64,000 nucleotides of DNA from Mobula hypostoma (lineage: Eukaryota): positions 252,280,001 to 252,344,000 of the forward strand of contig NC_086097.1 of assembly GCF_963921235.1 (NCBI RefSeq). The letters are read 5' to 3'. Shown piece by piece: positions 62,599-64,000 of the stretch. The position numbers were made by a program, and so were the translations under genes. How positions within the stretch are numbered: the stretch's first letter is position 1; each line of letters opens with the position of its first letter. Under the pieces are notes generated by a model that worked only from the letters and a program-made list of their open reading frames with translations, did not search any database and was not told the origin of the DNA.

Positions 62599-64000
62599 AA
62601 TCATGAGGATTGCCCAATGTGGATTTTTTTTAGAAGCTAACTCTGTTAATAAATTTTCTATTATTTCTCTTCTTGGATCCTCACTCCCTTTGTCTCTGAG
62701 TAAGTTAACTGATGATCTGGTAGTTAAACACACTATGAGGATTTGGATACAATTCCGAAAATACTTTGGCTTATTGAGATTTTCTCTTTCGAGTTCCATT
62801 TTTGCTAATTATTTTTTTAAACCCTCTATGATTGATGTGGCTTTTAAAGAATGGGATAGATTAGGTATTAAATGCTTTCAGGACTTGTTTGTAGAGGGAA
62901 GTCTCTTTTCGTTTGAACAACTGTCAACTAAATATAGTTTACCTAAAACTGATTTTTTTCAATACCTACAAATAAGAGATTTTCTACAGTCTCAAATAAG
63001 TACATTTCCTGAAAGTCCTGATAAGAATCTACTAGATGTAATTTTTAATTTGAAACCTTTTTATAATGGATCTATATCTAATATTTATAATATGTGGCTG
63101 GGAATGAGAAGTGTTCCTTTAGATAAAATTAAAAATCTTTGGCAACAAGATTTACAGACTTCAATTTCTGAGGAAACTTGGAATCAAATTTTTAAATTGG
63201 TTAAGACAGTTCATCGTTATGTGCCCGCCACTGTCTCCTACAATTGGCCCATATAACCAAGGATAAGTTGTCTCGTTTTTAATTAGATATATCTCCATAT
63301 TGTGATAAATGTAATAATGGAGAAGCTTCACTCATTCATATGTTTTGGACATGCCCAAGTCTTGGACAATATTGGAAAGAAGTATTTCAAACTTTCTCGA
63401 TACTTTTCAAAGTAAACTTGGAGCCTAATCCTTTGACCGCTTTATTTGGTATTGTTGGGGGAAAGGATATTATTTTGGAGTCATCTGACTTGCACATTTT
63501 GGCTTTTATGTCTCTTATGGCCAGAAGGACGCTCTTGCTTAAATGGAAAGATGCGGCCCCTCCTATTCACGCTCAATGGTTACGTGATGTGATGTCATGT
63601 TTAAATTTAGAGAAGATTCGATGTTCAGTCTCTGAATCTAGCCAATACTTTCAAACATTGTGGGGACCCTTTTTGAATTATTTTCAAAACCTTTGGTTTG
63701 CTGTTAAAGCACAGATGATGAATAATAATTTTTTTTTCTTTTTTTATTTACTAATCAGCTTCGGTCTTGGTAGTGGGTTAGATTGATTTTATATAATAAA
63801 ACTACTATATTTCAATGTTACAAATTAATTAATCTGTATGAATATAGGGTAAGGAGTCTATATATGCGATTTAGTATAATGTATTGATATATATTTTTTT
63901 CTTGTACTCTGTATTTTTATATGTAAAATTAATAATAAAAACATTGGAAAGAAATTATGCAATCAATAAAAGCAAGCAACAGCATTCAGAATGCAAGTGC

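Larger units (their letters stand above)
56500..63945 (+). mobile_element. Near-full-length decayed L1 (ORF1, spacer, ORF2, 3' UTR) with two antisense CR1 insertions
   Basis: ORF1 ends at 57240 (DLENRSRR..ILGL.E, IDRAHR, PRSVI). ORF2 runs from about 57649 (NMKGLNHP, LQETH, DAEKAFD, YTDD, HMFWTCP). aataataaa at about 63931. Confidence 0.92.

Overview
Eukaryotic, repeat-dominated vertebrate DNA, probably from a cartilaginous fish (inferred from the mix of CR1, L1, Rex1, Penelope and V-SINE-like repeats; not verified). The only host gene I can support is the 3' end of NDUFAF6 on the + strand: four GT-AG exons at 2138-2271, 14474-14575, 15316-15372 and 23575-23703. Almost everything else is nested mobile DNA: CR1 LINEs (some with an SGNH-esterase ORF1), L1 and Tx1 LINEs, Rex1/Babar remnants, a rearranged Tc1 element, a decayed PIF1 Helitron, mini-RTE elements, SINEs and a 41-bp satellite. 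Penelope-like (GIY-YIG) elements carry a minimal hammerhead ribozyme motif. The most notable observations are: TSD-flanked Penelope micro-insertions (100 bp beginning at the hammerhead, and 25 bp); a tRNA-Leu body with a Pro (TGG) anticodon; a minisatellite that duplicated an NDUFAF6 splice acceptor; and a Tc1 element made of two 3' ends. I found no convincing wholly new protein-coding system. Family names come from motif recognition, not database searches, and most repeat boundaries are approximate.
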